From Octopus sinensis (taxonomy: Eukaryota): a stretch of DNA of 64,000 nucleotides. Under the pieces are notes generated by a model. The model saw nothing but the letters and a program-made list of their open reading frames with translations, was not told where the DNA came from and ran no database searches. The stretch lies in assembly GCF_006345805.1 (NCBI RefSeq), contig NC_043001.1, positions 70,184,001-70,248,000 of the forward strand. The letters are read 5' to 3'. Each line of letters begins with the position of its first letter. Within the stretch, counting starts at the first letter, position 1. Shown piece by piece: positions 14,321 to 28,756 of the stretch. Position numbers and translations under genes: made by a program.

Positions 14321-15952
14321 CATATATTTTTTTCATGAAAGCCAAAGTTGACCTTCCACGATTCAAAACATTTTCTCCCTCCTGCTCAGTATCAGTATAT
14401 TATTGGCCTATATACTTTATGTTACATCAGAAGCAAGGAAATGCTCCTCTCTTATTCACCAGTTAGGTTTTGAACCTGGTTATAAGCCAAGAGATAAACA
14501 GCAAATAATATTCCTCAGATATTTCTACTTCAAAAAGTTCAAAAGAAATTGAAAATTTGGCTTTTTAAATATTCATTCATGTCGTCTTATTCTAAATTAT
14601 ATAAAAGAAGGTAAGAAAGAAAGACAGCAAAGTAAATTGCTTAGCGTTCTTGACTTTCTGAAAAACATAACTGCCAAGTCTGGTTAATATAAGATGTAAC
14701 TCTTTGTAGATATAATCCAATGAGAGTTACACGGTACGTGTACCGTACTCTATAAATGATTTAGCAATTCGTAAATACACGCCAACTGCTTGAAAGTGAT
14801 TATATAAGATCGACTTGACCTCACTCTATACTTGTTTTGATTTCTTCAGCATTATAGATAGTAAGGAATTAACAATATTTTTGCACTCGAATTTAAATAG
14901 ATTCTATACCAAGATTCTTTTGCTGTTCCGTACATTTTATATCATTTCAAAATAAAACAAAATTACTGAAAGGGAAAAAATATATAACATATTGGAGAAA
15001 ATAAGTGTAACAAAATAGAAAAAGCGAAATGTGGAGGAAATTACAAATAAATCGTCAATAATTATAATCAAAGTCACCAAGGTAAAGGATAATGTCGTAG
15101 ATATTTTTAGAGAAACTGTTGTTTACACAAGCTCTTTCCTAACTCTACAAGATATTTTTATCATAACAAGAATCAATTCAGTAATAACCTGATAGACAAT
15201 TTTGTCCAGGTCTAAAATATCTAATGTAGTCTTCTGTTTTTTTAAACGATTGAGTGTAACTTGAGGATGATTCAGCTGCTTTTTGCTCGGAGGAAATACT
15301 TCTAAATCCTCGGGCGCAATGCTTAGCAAGATATCGTCCGTCTTTTAAGTTGCGATTTTAAATTTGCCTGTTATCATTTCGAAGTCGATAAAATAAGTAC
15401 GAGATGAGAACTACAGTTGATGTATTCCCGAAATAGCTAGCCTTGAAACAATTTAACGTCAAGCTAGCAACCATCGAAGGACGGGTGATAAAATATATTC
15501 CAGTTGAGATATTGACGTCCCTTTTCGGTATCTTAGACCATATTATTCATGACGACATAGTGAAATTTAGCTGCTATTTCCTGAAAAGAAAACAATAAAA
15601 AAAAACTCCTGAGGTTTAGAAATGCGAAAGTTAGACTAACTTATGAAAACAATATACGATTTTATTAATATACAGGCTTTAGTCCTTTGTCTCAAATACC
15701 AGATTTCAAATCACACCAAGACTGGTTGCACATCAATCTCTATCGATAGCATTCAAAACGGAATTAATATATTGGAACTGGTTACAATACCTTTAGTACC
15801 AATATAGCATGGCTACTGTGAGATAAGAGAATACTGATAATATATGACTAGACAAATTTATGAGCGAAAATAACACAGCAACATATATAAGAACGTATGT
15901 GTTCACACATCTCTCTATCTGTATATGAATACATACATATTTATACATGTAT

Positions 15953-15994
<42 letters not shown>

Positions 15995-18069
15995 ATATAT
16001 ATATATGCCTAATACATGTATGGGACGAAAAGTATTTGTAAATATATTTAAATAAAAGGCAGTGAAGCTTGGCTAATTCGATCCATAGTGTTGATTTATT
16101 TGACATGAAAGCAAATGTGAAATATTTCATAGGATTTTGAAAGAATTGGAGTATAAAACACATCACAAATTTACCAGCGTTCAGCTATTATACACGCTTG
16201 CGTAAGTTTTTATATGAATATGGATGTTCTTTTTATAATCTAGTCAAATACACACACACTTACACACAAATACAAATTCACATATATACGTATGGTGATT
16301 CCTATATATAATGTGTGTATGCAAATATATATGTGTGTGTTTATTTGTATAAGCAAAAGTATATGTACATATATGTATATGTATATGTGTGTAGGTGTAT
16401 ACGTTCGGTGGTATATATGTCTGTACGTTGCTATATGTAGTTACATATTCATAAAATGTATTCAATCAACCTAACAATTGCAGCTCAACGCTAATTCTTC
16501 TCTGGTTATTCATTCTCTAGACAGTACTATCATATTTTTCCATACTGGTTGCAAACACATACAGACACACACACACATACACACACAAACAGTTATACAC
16601 ACACTTGCACGCACACACACACAATCACACACAAACAGACACAAACACACACAAACACAGACAGATATACAGACACACAAAAACATACACCAAAACACAC
16701 CCACACAAATACACACACACACACATTATAACCTCAGTTTTCTTTTATTCAACAAATTTGCATGAAAGTATTCAGAAATTGTAGATCTTTGTGGCCGTCT
16801 TTTATAATATCTCGTATCTCTCAAAATATACCCATCTATTTAAAAAATATGCATGGCAAATATAGACCAAGATATACAGCACGTCAAGACGTCAACGGCT
16901 TGAATAGCTTAGAGCATCATCTCAATCAGGGATAATTTGGAGCTAAGCAACAATAAAAACAACAATGACGACGGCGGTGGCGATAATGATACTACATAGG
17001 ATATTAAGAAAATGTCCTTAAAATCCTATAAGAATTTAATAGATTTATAATAGAGGAAATACTTTGGCAGTCATATTTATTGTCGATAAAATTATTGACT
17101 CACTGGAGAGAGAAGAGGCAAACCACCACTTGATAAACTGTACATCTTCGTCCATTACATACGAGGCTGGGCATCCAGCAGGATTTTAAGCGATTAATTT
17201 AATCATGAAAATGAATCAGCGTGATACAATGTAGCAACGGGACCCTTTCATGCAACGCTACTGTACATTAAAGAATGATTGCCATCGTGTTAACTCCCCA
17301 GTTTTAGTGACAAAAAAGGGGGTAACTTGAGAATATGGCAAATATATTTTTCAGTATCCTCGAAATGGGAACGACCCGAATATTAGATGATTACAAAGCA
17401 AAATTCATAAATACCCAGCAAGGCATTTGCCCGTGTGTTTATATGTATAAATTTGAAAGACACAATTTATGATTTACTCAGATTTGGCATCAAATAATTA
17501 CAAGAGTTACTGGTACATTTATGGAAACCAACGAAATCCATGCCCCCTTACCTTGCCGCAACTTGTGTGTGTTTGTGTGTGTTTGTGTGTGTGTGTGTGT
17601 GCGTGTGTGTGTGTGTGTGTGTGCGTGTGAATGTGAGCCTGTATGCGTGTATGTACGAGTACATATTCTTGTATTGTTTGCGAGTATGTGTAAGTACGTA
17701 GCTAAAAAAGCAAGTGAGTGGTAAATAGGAGTAGGATAAAAGAGCAATTTTAATGACAAATAATGAATGACAATGCTAACAATATATCTGAGCTTAACTT
17801 GGTCTCAGTACCTGTATTTTTCATTCTTTCTATTTATGAAATTTTTATTTTAATAAATTGGATCTAATGAATTTCGATGAAACAAATTATCAGAAAATGA
17901 TCTCCTTCTTTCCATAAAAGAAAACAGAAAACAAGAACCATTGCGTTCTCTTAGTTATGTGCACTTTAATTTCAGTATTCAGGCACCTAACCTATGAAAC
18001 ACAAACTCACGTATAGATAAACATACATACATACTACACACACACACACATATATATATATGCAAGTTT

Positions 18070-18402
18070 TTCATTCGTTTACTTGTTTCAGTCATGCTGG
18101 AGCACCACCTACAGTCGAAGAAATCGACCCCTGGAGCCAAGTACTTATTCTATTGCTTCTTTTGCCAAACCGCTAAGTTACCGGGACGTAAAACAACATC
18201 GGTTGTCAAGCGATGGCGGGGAGACAAACACAGACACACAAACAGGCTACTTTCTGTTTCCACCTACCAGATCCACTCACAATGAATTGATTGCGCCGAG
18301 GCTATAGTAAAACACACTTCCCAAAGTGCTACGCTGTGGGACTGAACCCGGGACTATGTGGTTGGTAACCAAGCTACTTACCACACAGCCACTTCTACAC
18401 CT
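18070..18402 (-). mobile_element. SINE family A
   Basis: ACTTGTTTCAGTCATGCTGGAGCACCACC...GGGACTGAACCCGGGACTATGTGGTTGGTAACCAAGCTACTTACCACACAGCCAC. Confidence 0.88.
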
Positions 18403-18741
18403 GTATATATTATTTAAAGAATAAAATACATATCTCTAGATGTTACTAATAGCATCATATGTTGCGAAATTTCTCAAAAATATATTCATCAGACACAAAC
18501 GACATATCTATCATAAAGAACTAAAAAGAAGTTGAATAAGAGAAAGAACTCGAAATATCTGAGGTAGCTGCATATAGAAACGCGGAATGCTAAAGGGAAA
18601 CGGAAAACGAAAACATAAAAGCTAAAATGTAAAAATTAAAAACAGAGTGCTTTTTGGTTGAATTCTTTTTATCATGGAACAGTATATTATATATGTGTAT
18701 TTATGTATATGTATATATGTATATGTATATGTGTATATATA

Positions 18742-18817
<76 letters not shown>

Positions 18818-19746
18818 AATGATATGTGCGTGTACATACGGTTATGGCTTTTAGCTTAAACTTTATACAGTTGGATGTAGCTTATTCGATAAGGTGAGTT
18901 TATTATTGCATTGTATCAGCTTCGCAAAGTATATTTATTGCTCACAGAAGATTAACAAACATTTCACACAGCATATATTTTTGTGTGTATATATAATATA
19001 ATTGTCCACCTCCTGTGTTGTGTATCTTGGTTTTTTGAATGTTAAAATGCCTGTCATGTCGACAGATGTATGTTTGTGCCCCTCAGGCCAACTTCAAGTT
19101 TTCTATCCAAAAGGAATTTTCAAACCAATGTTTACATGCTCTGTGTGACATGCTTCGAGAAACAATATTCCGAAAAAGATTAATTTCGGGTTCTATCGAA
19201 AGTTTATAAAATTCTCATGACTTCAACACACACACACGCACACATATGCACACACACACATGTATGTATGTATGTATGTATGTATGTATGTATGTATGTA
19301 TGTATGTATAACACTATGCGCTGTAATAAACATAATTTGCGAAATTTATTCATCTTATCGAATAAGCTACACCCAACCTGTGTTAGGATTACAGTAAACG
19401 ATTACATCTATTCCGTTAATAAAGTAAAACCCGTTTCAAAACGAGAGCGCCGCTCATAATCCACTAACAAATACGAAATAGCTGCAATACTTAATATAGT
19501 TAACCTTCGATGGAAATTGCAGTCTTTTAAATCGCTTTCGGTATATTCTCGTGTGTTTCTGTTGGAGGTTCTGATACTATGGAAATAACTTCATTCTTTC
19601 TTTCAAAAGAATATTACTGATATTTTGCTGCTCAACGTAATTTTTTACATACATATGCGGATGTAATCATACACACACACATTACTAATATACTTATTTA
19701 CATTCGTACAAACATATTTACACAGATACACGCACACACACATACA

Positions 19747-19855
<109 letters not shown>

Positions 19856-21334
19856 CCATATGTATATATACATATGTATACACACTCACAAATGTACGAT
19901 GTATGTGTATGTGTGTGAGTGTGTGTGTGGACACTATATGTTAAATTTTACATAAATATTTAAGCACACTTACTTGCAAATATATATGTACATATATGTA
20001 CAAACATCCACAAATACATAGGCATATAAATATATACGCATGTTCATATACTAATGTTGCATAACCAAAATCTGCAGTCACAGAATTAAACTTTATGAGA
20101 TATATACTTTTTTTGTAGCTGTTCATCTGTCATTCATTTTCTGTCTTTCGTAATATTTATTTTTGGAATGTTCTGAAACTATTTCCGTGTTCTCACGAAA
20201 TTCCTTTTTCAGAACAACATAATAGCATCGAATCCAGTCACTGATGGATGTTAATTCACATTGCACTCACAAAAATGAGAAAAGCTGAGTACTTAACCAA
20301 AGAAAAATAGCACATTTTACTTTTGAATGTACGTAATTAGCTTCTGTTTATTGCATGTAGTTGAAATTATTTCTCTATATAAGTATCGAGGAAGCTTTTC
20401 TTCTGTCCATGTAAATGATGACCGAACTTTATGATGAAGATTGAACAATCCGATTATTATGAATTTTTAGTTTTTGTCGCCGCAGAAGATGACTAACTTC
20501 TCATTTTACGTTTAACTTTATAATGAACATACACATGGCACACGAGTTCATGTACAGTTGGATAAATGTAATTTTAATCATATTTTTAATGAGTTTGATC
20601 CAAGGTAAAGGACTGTGTACATTGTTAGGTAATACTATTTACACTGCGCTTAGATGATGCCAGTCGACTCATGGAGAAAGATATGTGCAAAGAGTACGAA
20701 ACTAAAATTGCCTAAAACGGCTATATACGACCAAGTACCATTGAAAAATAAAACAATATAATAGGTATAATAGGCAGCAATTTTTTGTGTAGAAATTTGA
20801 GTGTGTTTGTGAGTAGCTCAAAACTAGTTAGCTGACTGGCCTTTCTCTGCACGATATCGACATCTGTGTGTATAACACCAGTCACACAGGTGGGCACAAT
20901 ACTCTATTATCAGCTTCACCTGAATTTCAAAAGGATCTATAGATATTGCGGGTGAAAGCAAATTCTGGTCTGCAATCTTTGCAATGTTAAGGATGAACCT
21001 TCATCAGAAAAAACACATCAGTGATAATGAAACTTTGTTGCGACTTATTTATGCTTAAAAAGGGTGAGGAGCGATCATGTATTATTCATATGTGCAATGT
21101 CTGAGTATTTTGTTGTTGAAAGGGACAAGATTGGCATGACCCGATTGGAGTAAGTTTAAGACGTTTTAATTCATATATTTAATGCACATTTATTGAGAGA
21201 TGCATGTGGATGAAGCTTAGGCAGAAACATTTATGGAAGAATGAAAGGTGATATCTGTGTGGAAATGAGTGTTGTGGGTTGTGATGACAATTTAATCATT
21301 AATGTACAGGAGGAATGATATGAAAAAGAAGACT

Positions 21335-21880
21335 GAACGTTAGGGTGCAATTAGATTTGGTTTGTTATTAGTGTGAGTCAAAGAGAAATCTATATACCAG
21401 AAGAGATTGCAATCTGACGGAAAGACACCGATCCGAGACATGGTGTGAGAGTAGGGGTGATTCTTTAATTGTGCAGTTTTGACAGATTTCCTTTGCCAGA
21501 CAATGTCGAACGATCGCTTCATTTTGAATGTTAAAATTAAAAAAATAGAAATTGCTTCTGTCAGTTTTCTCGAAGGTGAAAAATTAAAAATGAATGGCGT
21601 AGAGAAGTGAGATTTCAGTACATCTAGTCTCGAAAAATAAACAAAAACGAAAGATGAAACGTACTGATTATCGTTAAGAACGGAGAGAGATAAGAGTGGT
21701 TGTCTCCATCACGGTTGGCAGTGAGTGGGCTGAGACCAGTGTCACAGGAATTGCAATCGCCGTAGTGCATTAACTTGGAAATTAGTTTAAAATCTTGCAA
21801 CAGAGCTAAATGCACACATGGGCTAGGTGGTAGTGTTAAACAAAAGGAAGTGATGCTACTGTTCAAGAAGTTATTAAGGT
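21335..21880 (-). mobile_element. Possible old CR1/L2-type LINE 3' remnant
   Basis: Minus translation NHPYSHTMSRIGVFPSDCNL resembles the LINE C-terminal 'SVFPSSYNL' region. Heavily decayed. Confidence 0.35.
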
Positions 21881-22549
21881 ATTTTAAAAGAGGAAAATTA
21901 ATTTGATACTAGGACCCTTGAACTGAATCTATATTTCAATTCACTCTATATACAATTAAATATGCTTAATGATATAAATTTCTTTATAGAAGTTATAATG
22001 GCCTTTAAGCACGATAACGTTTAGATGTTTCACAAAAAGCAATTAATAATCACAAGAGATCAGTGAACGGACACCTGAACTTACCGCCCTTCCATTATAC
22101 AAGATTTGAAATATGTCTCATTTTAAATTTTAATGCATTGTCATTTCCTAATGAAGGAACATTAGAAATGATTGGATGCTACCTCATAAAGCATTACATT
22201 CTATAGTTATTTAGAGTTAGTATTAGAAATATCAACGAATAGTTTGTGAGTTTAGGGAATTCATCTTTTTATAGCCGTTTTCTTAATTACATTTACAACA
22301 TTTTTATTAATCTATTTTGTAGGAATCCCCTTAGGCAACGAAATGAGTAATACACAAACGCATACATACATAAGCATTCATGTATATCAATGTGTTTTCA
22401 TATATAGGAAACGGAAATTTTTAACACATATAAGAATTGGTCGTTCAAAAGAAGACGGAGCAAACATGCCAATTCGGGTTCGATTCAACAAAGCTAGTGT
22501 ATAAAATGTGTCTTCTACCTTAGCCTCGGAAGAACGAAATTGTTGTGAG

Positions 22550-22596
22550 TGAAATTCAGTAGCGTCTGCCTACTGAATTTCAGTAGGCAGACGCTA
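22550..22596. repeat. Perfect palindrome, 18-bp arms with 1-nt loop
   Basis: TAGCGTCTGCCTACTGAA-T-TTCAGTAGGCAGACGCTA at 22560-22596. Confidence 0.95.
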
Positions 22597-22629
22597 TACA
22601 GAAGAACGTCGGACACACACACGCACACA

Positions 22630-22668
<39 letters not shown>

Positions 22669-22804
22669 ACGCACATACACACACACATACACGCACACAC
22701 ACACACGTACGCACAGACACGTGCACACACACACACATAACTACGCGAAGCTGTTTGTTGGCTACATAGAGGTACAAATATTTTCATGATTCACTGTTCC
22801 CAAT

Positions 22805-24566
22805 CCCGAACTATACGATCATCATATTGATGGCTGTATCGGTGCGACCTCGCTCTCCCTGGAAAAACTAGTCTCCGTTCTCTCTTTTGTCCAATCTTTC
22901 CATTCTGCCCTTGAATTCTTCTGCACCATTTCCAACACTTCTGTCACCTTTCTCGACATTTCGGTCAACATACACAACTCCGCTCTCACTACCTATATCC
23001 ACTACAAACAAAGCGACTCACATTCATACCTTCACTTCTCCTCCTCAAACCCTACCCACACCAAGCTTTCCATCCCCTACTCCCAATTCCTCCGTCTATG
23101 CAGGCTCTGCAATGACAACCATGACTTTGTATATCAGTCTCAACTCATGGCTCACAATTTCATCCTTTGTGGATATCTCCTCATCACTACCCGTACCGCC
23201 ATTCCCAGAGCAAGTTCCGTGGACCATGAAACTGCTCTTTCTTCTCACACTCACCCGGCCGTTGCCCGTCTCCCATTTTCCCTCACCTACTACCCCTCCA
23301 CCTTGCCCCTCCAACGCACCATTCCGAGCCTTCTGGCGACTCAATTCCGAAACCTCAACTTCGTACATTTTCCACAACCTACCACTTCTCTCCTTCAAAC
23401 GAACCCACAACCTATAAGACATCATGGCACACAATTTTTTCCCTAACCCCACCTCCCAGCCTGGCTCGTTCCTCTGCTCACACCCACGCTGTAGCACTCC
23501 TCCTCACAAGTTCCCATCGTCCCTATCATATCACTGACACCTTTACCTGCACTTCTAGCAAAGTCATTCAGTGTATCGCCTGTTCTTTGTATTCTTCTCT
23601 GAACGTCAGTCAAGCAGGACGCCCCTTGGCTGACTGGTTCGCGTAGCACCTCCGAGACATTAGACTCGGCAATGACGCCCCAGTCTTGCGCCATTTCCGC
23701 TCTACCTGTCATTAATTGCAACACCTGTCTGTGTTCGGATTGTCTTTGAACAGGTGCCATCCGGATCCCCCCTTCGCCGTGAACAAGAAATAATCTTCTC
23801 TCTTCGCTCCTTTGTGTCACATGGACTCCACTGCCCTCCCCTTCATCTGACTCCCCTCCTCTCCTTCCTTCATCTCACACCTTTTTCTCTTCGCTCTTAC
23901 CCACTATCTCCCTTCATCGATACCCACTCCATCCATACCCCACCCCTACATCCTACACCCACATCCCCCATTCCTACGCCCACATACTCACCCCAAACCT
24001 ACATCCCACCTCACATTCTACACCCAAACTTCACATCACCAAATGCCACATTCACATCCCCACACCCCAACAAAGCCACATCAAACCACACACCAACACA
24101 CCACCACACCACATCACACCACTCCGCACACACTAGGACTAACCGTTTCCCAACAACCAGTGCATAAACCACATACCCACACATTACAGACGCACGCACA
24201 CACATACATGCACATTCACACGTCAAAGTCACCAGCCCCTCTCCTTCGGCACACACTCATATATACATATATACACTTATATATACATATATAACCCTTC
24301 GGGTTGGGCTCACCAGTACATCAATATCACCCCTTCTTCCTAGCTCTTCTGTCTAACTACTTTTGTCCAACCAGTTGCCATGGTTGACCGTTAGATCCAA
24401 ACTTTTCATTGTTTATTCTCTCTGTTTATTTCGTCGTGTTCCTTTCTGTTGAAGACCGTAGGATTGAAACGTAAAATATTTTGTCCCCTTCTCAAACATT
24501 AAACTAATACACCTGCTTCTTGTTTACCTATATTCGTCGTTTGTTTTTCTTTTGGAAATTTCAACT
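22805..24566 (+). mobile_element. Penelope-like element, decayed (RT C-terminus + GIY-YIG + 3' repeat)
   Basis: Frameshifted PELYDHHIDGCIGATSL...IHYKQSDSHSYLHFSSSNPTHTKLSIPYSQFLRLCRLCNDNHDF. Homologous along its length to the reverse complement of 43235-44995. Confidence 0.9.
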
Positions 24567-24580
24567 ATATATATATATAT

Positions 24581-25232
24581 ATATTTCTAAGTCTCTCTAA
24601 AGGAGACTAAGTCAGCATTACAGGATATCAATAGTTATCGCCAAGTTAACATTACAGTCCAGGACTATAGGACGAATGCTACCGCTGATTAGCTCCAAGA
24701 GGCCATCGCTTCTAGCAATCTATGTGACATCCAGACCAGCAAGTTGAAGCGGCTGACCCCTCCTGTTCGAAGGTTATAATGGAAACAGGTTCGTGCGTCA
24801 CATAACTAGCTAGAGGCGATGACCTCTTGGAGCTAATCAAGGGCAGCATTCGTCCTATTTTCATGGACTGCCTTGTTAGCTTGGCGATAACTATTAATAT
24901 CCAGTACTGCTGCCATACTCTCCTTTAGAAAGACTTAGAAATATTAATATTTCTATTTTTGAAAACCAGTAGATGTATTCCACTGAATTTAGGTAAATAA
25001 TCCTTCGAACAGACGGTCAGTAGTGACGCCTGCTGAGTTCGGCTGCTCTACATTGATAAGGGGTAAATAGCCCGAAACTAGTCTGTAGATGCTGACCTCC
25101 CCTGTTCGAAAGTTATAATGGACACAGGTTCGTGTGTCACATAGCTAGTTAGAGGCGATGGCTTCTTGGAGCTAACCAACGGCAACATTCGTCCTATTTT
25201 CCTGGACTGCCATGTTAGCTTGGTGGTAACTA
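24581..25232 (+). mobile_element. Non-coding Penelope-type or retrozyme-like unit: inverted arm + partial tandem repeat + hammerhead
   Basis: 24581-24728 is inverted relative to 24797-24944 (about 20 mismatches in 148 bp). 24752-24894 is directly repeated at 25091-25232 (period 339). A hammerhead lies at 25047-25089. Flanked by (TA)n and (CA)n. Confidence 0.8.
25047..25089 (+). ncRNA. Minimal type I hammerhead ribozyme (U3-A8 variant)
   Basis: TCTACA-TTGATAA-GGGGTAAATAGCCC-GAAA-CTAG-TC-TGTAGA: 6-bp stem I, core, stem II GGG/CCC, palindromic minimal stem III, GUC cleavage triplet ending at 25083. Confidence 0.85.
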
Positions 25233-25245
25233 TACACACACACAG

Positions 25246-25335
25246 CGATGTGGCGTCATTCGAAGGCTAAAACAATGCAAACGCATTGTGACCAGCGATG
25301 TGTAGCAATATCTGGTCGGTCACGTGATCACGTGT
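25246..25335 (+). mobile_element. SINE family B, 3' fragment
   Basis: GTGGCGTCATTCGAAGGCTAAAACAATGC...GGTCACGTGATCACGTG matches the tail of 53174-53482. Confidence 0.85.
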
Positions 25336-25917
25336 TATATGTACGCATATAGCTATATGTATGTATTTATATATATATATGTACATATATATATGTTCAT
25401 ATATATATATATGTATGTATGTATTACGAACGTACATATACATACACACACACACAACACAGACATACATCGCGCAAGCACAAACATATATGCTACCACA
25501 CACACACAGTTACGCGAACACATACACAGTTACTCCACACGCTCACACATATACGCAGATTCTGCCACGCGCATACGCACGCGCTACCACACACACACAC
25601 ACGCGCCACTTTATACACTCTACCACATAAACACACACATATGTGCCGACCATTTTCTAACTCTCCAATCCCAGATAGCACAATCTCTTCATTCCTTCTA
25701 CTTCAGAAATGTCACCTCACGTGTACTGTTGGCGATATTTTCCTCCTGTCTTCTTTCTTATTGGACTCTCCTATGTTTCCTCTTTCTGAAGCACGCTACG
25801 CGCGAAACGTAGAACAACTGCTCTCCTATGACTCTGAGCGTCTTATTAACATATTACTTGTACCTCGTCATCATGTTTGTTTCTTCTCTTTTTCTGTCTT
25901 GTAATTGTATGTATGTG

Positions 25918-25987
<70 letters not shown>

Positions 25988-26034
25988 ATATATATATATA
26001 TATGCATATATATATATACACACACATTTAGTTG

Positions 26035-26107
<73 letters not shown>

Positions 26108-26215
26108 TGGCCGGCTCGTTTAACCAGCGAGGTGGCGTCATTCGAAGACTAAAACAATGCGAACGCATTGCGACCAGCGATGTGTAGCAATATCTGGTCA
26201 GTCACGTGATCACGT
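26108..26215 (+). mobile_element. SINE family B, 3' fragment
   Basis: GCTCGTTTAACCAGCGAGGTGGCGTCATTCGAAG...GTCACGTGATCACG. Confidence 0.85.
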
Positions 26216-26498
26216 TTTATATATACGCATATAGGTATAGAGGTGGCCAGATAACCGAAGAGATGATGATGTGGATTTCCACCTCAGCATCCGAAACTCA
26301 GAGTTTTATCTTGGCTATTGAATAATTGTCACATATTATTTTACAGATAAATTTCCTCTATTTACATAATATTGAGGTCTCTTTCTTTCTTTTGTTATCT
26401 TACCCTTTTTATCAGTATATATATATATATATAATTCTATATATATATGTGTGTGTTGAATACATGGATTCATTCACAATGAAACGCACGCCTGTGCG

Positions 26499-26593
<95 letters not shown>

Positions 26594-26689
26594 CGATCGA
26601 TAGATAGATAGATAGATCTCATCGCATTCAATACATGCACTACGTTCCTATATGAAGCTGTTTCATGAGATAGTTAGGAAGAACTTATT

Positions 26690-26890
26690 TTGGTCTCAAA
26701 TTTGGTACACAGCCAACAATTTCTGGGAAGAGTTTTAGTCCATTAGATTGACCTCAATATTGAACGGTTACTGGTTTCGTTGTCCGCAAAAGGATGAAAG
26801 GCAAAGTCGACATCGAGGTCCAATTTGAACTCAGAACGTAAGATCGGACGGGATTATATGGGTCGTGTGCTGACGATTCTGCCATTTCAC
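26690..26890 (-). mobile_element. Old SINE, family C
   Basis: AAAGGATGAAAGGCAAAGTCGAC...ATTTGAACTCAGAACGTAA...ACGATTCTGCC. Related decayed pieces near 14335, 30340-30445 and 52900-53050. Confidence 0.6.
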
Positions 26891-27499
26891 GGCCTTGAAG
26901 CAAATAATAAACAAGGTTTATTATTTGCTACAACATTTTATAAAGTATTCTCTAACTTTTCTTTGTATATCTCCCTAAGTTATGTACAAAGGTCCTTTAG
27001 AAATCATCAGAATGAACACTGGTAAAGCTTATATGTAAAGCAATCACATTATGCATTCTTTTTGATTCCAGGTGCACTTGCAAAATCTTTATTGGTTAAA
27101 ATCTCTATAGCTTAAAATGCAGCCTGAAAGACCTAATGATTAATAGAATATCGTTGTACACAATGTATACGTGTATATATATATGCGTATGTATGTGTGT
27201 ACAATATATATATATATATATATATTAAGAGAGAGATAGAGAGAGAGAGAGAAGAGAGCAAGAGAGACTTGTACATTTACATATACACATACACATATTA
27301 GAGTGTTTATGTGCTTAATAGCGCATCTGCAGCTGTATGGATCGCTCGTAATGTATTCTCTTCAAGCTATATCAGTCTGTTTTTTTTATTACATCATCTA
27401 CGTTATTATTTCTGTTTTACATGTTAGTATATATTTTACTTGTATTGATAAAAGATTCGTTTGTTCTGTATTCCAGAAGTTTATTATTTAATTCGAAGA

Positions 27500-27975
27500 A
27501 ATCTTGTCACTATATGTGATATGTTATATTTCTTTATATAGTAAACCCCAGGTTCATCTCACAATCTTTTTTCATAATATCGATAGCTTCCAGGTCATCA
27601 AGTCCACATCACCTACTATTACGCAAATGAAACTATTATCGGTTATTTCTCAACTATGGATCATGCCAAATTCCATGCCTGTATCTTTGCTGAAGCGTCT
27701 TACAGTCTATATTAAGGAATCTATCTCTTTTTCATTCTTACTAAATAAACTTCAAATCATCTATGTAGAGCACGTGGTTTATTTTCCTCTTTCTGAACTG
27801 ATACCCTGCCTTTGCATTCCTTAATACAAAACTGTTGAAGGGGGATCAAGATACGACAAACATAAAACGGGACAACGAGTCCCCTTGGAACATTCCTCTT
27901 TTGATATTAACATTCCCTATGAGTGTGTCACCTGAGTAGAAATCTACTTTCCATTGTTTCATGCTAAACTATTTA
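27500..27975 (-). mobile_element. R4/Dong-like LINE RT fragment
   Basis: Minus translation SMKQWKVDF...NVNIKRGMFQGDSLS and HVLYIDDLK...FSKDTGMEFG. Begins immediately after a (TAA)n tract. Confidence 0.85.
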
Positions 27976-27979
27976 ATTC

Positions 27980-28069
<90 letters not shown>

Positions 28070-28070
<1 letters not shown>

Positions 28071-28172
28071 GAGTGAGCGAGCAGAGCATGCCATCAAAGT
28101 GACACTTGTGTAAAATATACGAAGCCCAGTATACCCATCATGACTACCCGTCTGATAAGGGTACACCAGCCA
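28070..28172 (-). mobile_element. 5'-truncated copy of the 28203-28760 element
   Basis: About 100 bp near-identical to 28203-28302, with its own (TAA)n tail. Confidence 0.9.
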
Positions 28173-28202
28173 CATTATTCTTCTTCTTATTATTATTATT
28201 AT

Positions 28203-28756
28203 TGAGTGAGAGAGCAGTTCATGCCATCAAAGTGACACTGGGGTAAAATATACGAAGCCCAATATACCCATCATGACTACCCGTCTGATAAAGGCACACC
28301 AGGCACATGCATCACAACCATGTGTGCGCGACATGGTGATCTCATATCAAGATAAACAGCACATGACCTTGCAGGTGGGGCCCAGTTAGAATTTTCTTCA
28401 GGTTGAGTAGCCCATCCCGCTCAAACGGTCCCTGAATAAGGGTTGTTTAAGGATGTTGAAAGAACCACCCATGTTTCCAGAGGTGAATTATTCAAACCCC
28501 AAAGAATCCCTCTCAACACATGGCTATGATGCTCCCCCACTACTTCTGCTCGTGATCAGAGATGCACATATCGTCAGCCACTAAGGGACAAGCTCAACTG
28601 GTTAAGGTCAAACAACTGACAAGCAAATCTGTGGTATTGAGCAGAATATTTGCTGTAGCCCATCTTTCATACAAAGACAAAACAATGTACATGATAAGAT
28701 TTCCAATCAGTTAAGATCAGAAGCCATGAGAGCCATTGCCTGGTACTGCATCAGGG

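Noticed and set aside
24581-24944. General G-U (editing) bias in all hairpins
   Set aside because: This hairpin has mixed, mostly A-C transitions on the plus strand and many transversions, so the bias is not general.
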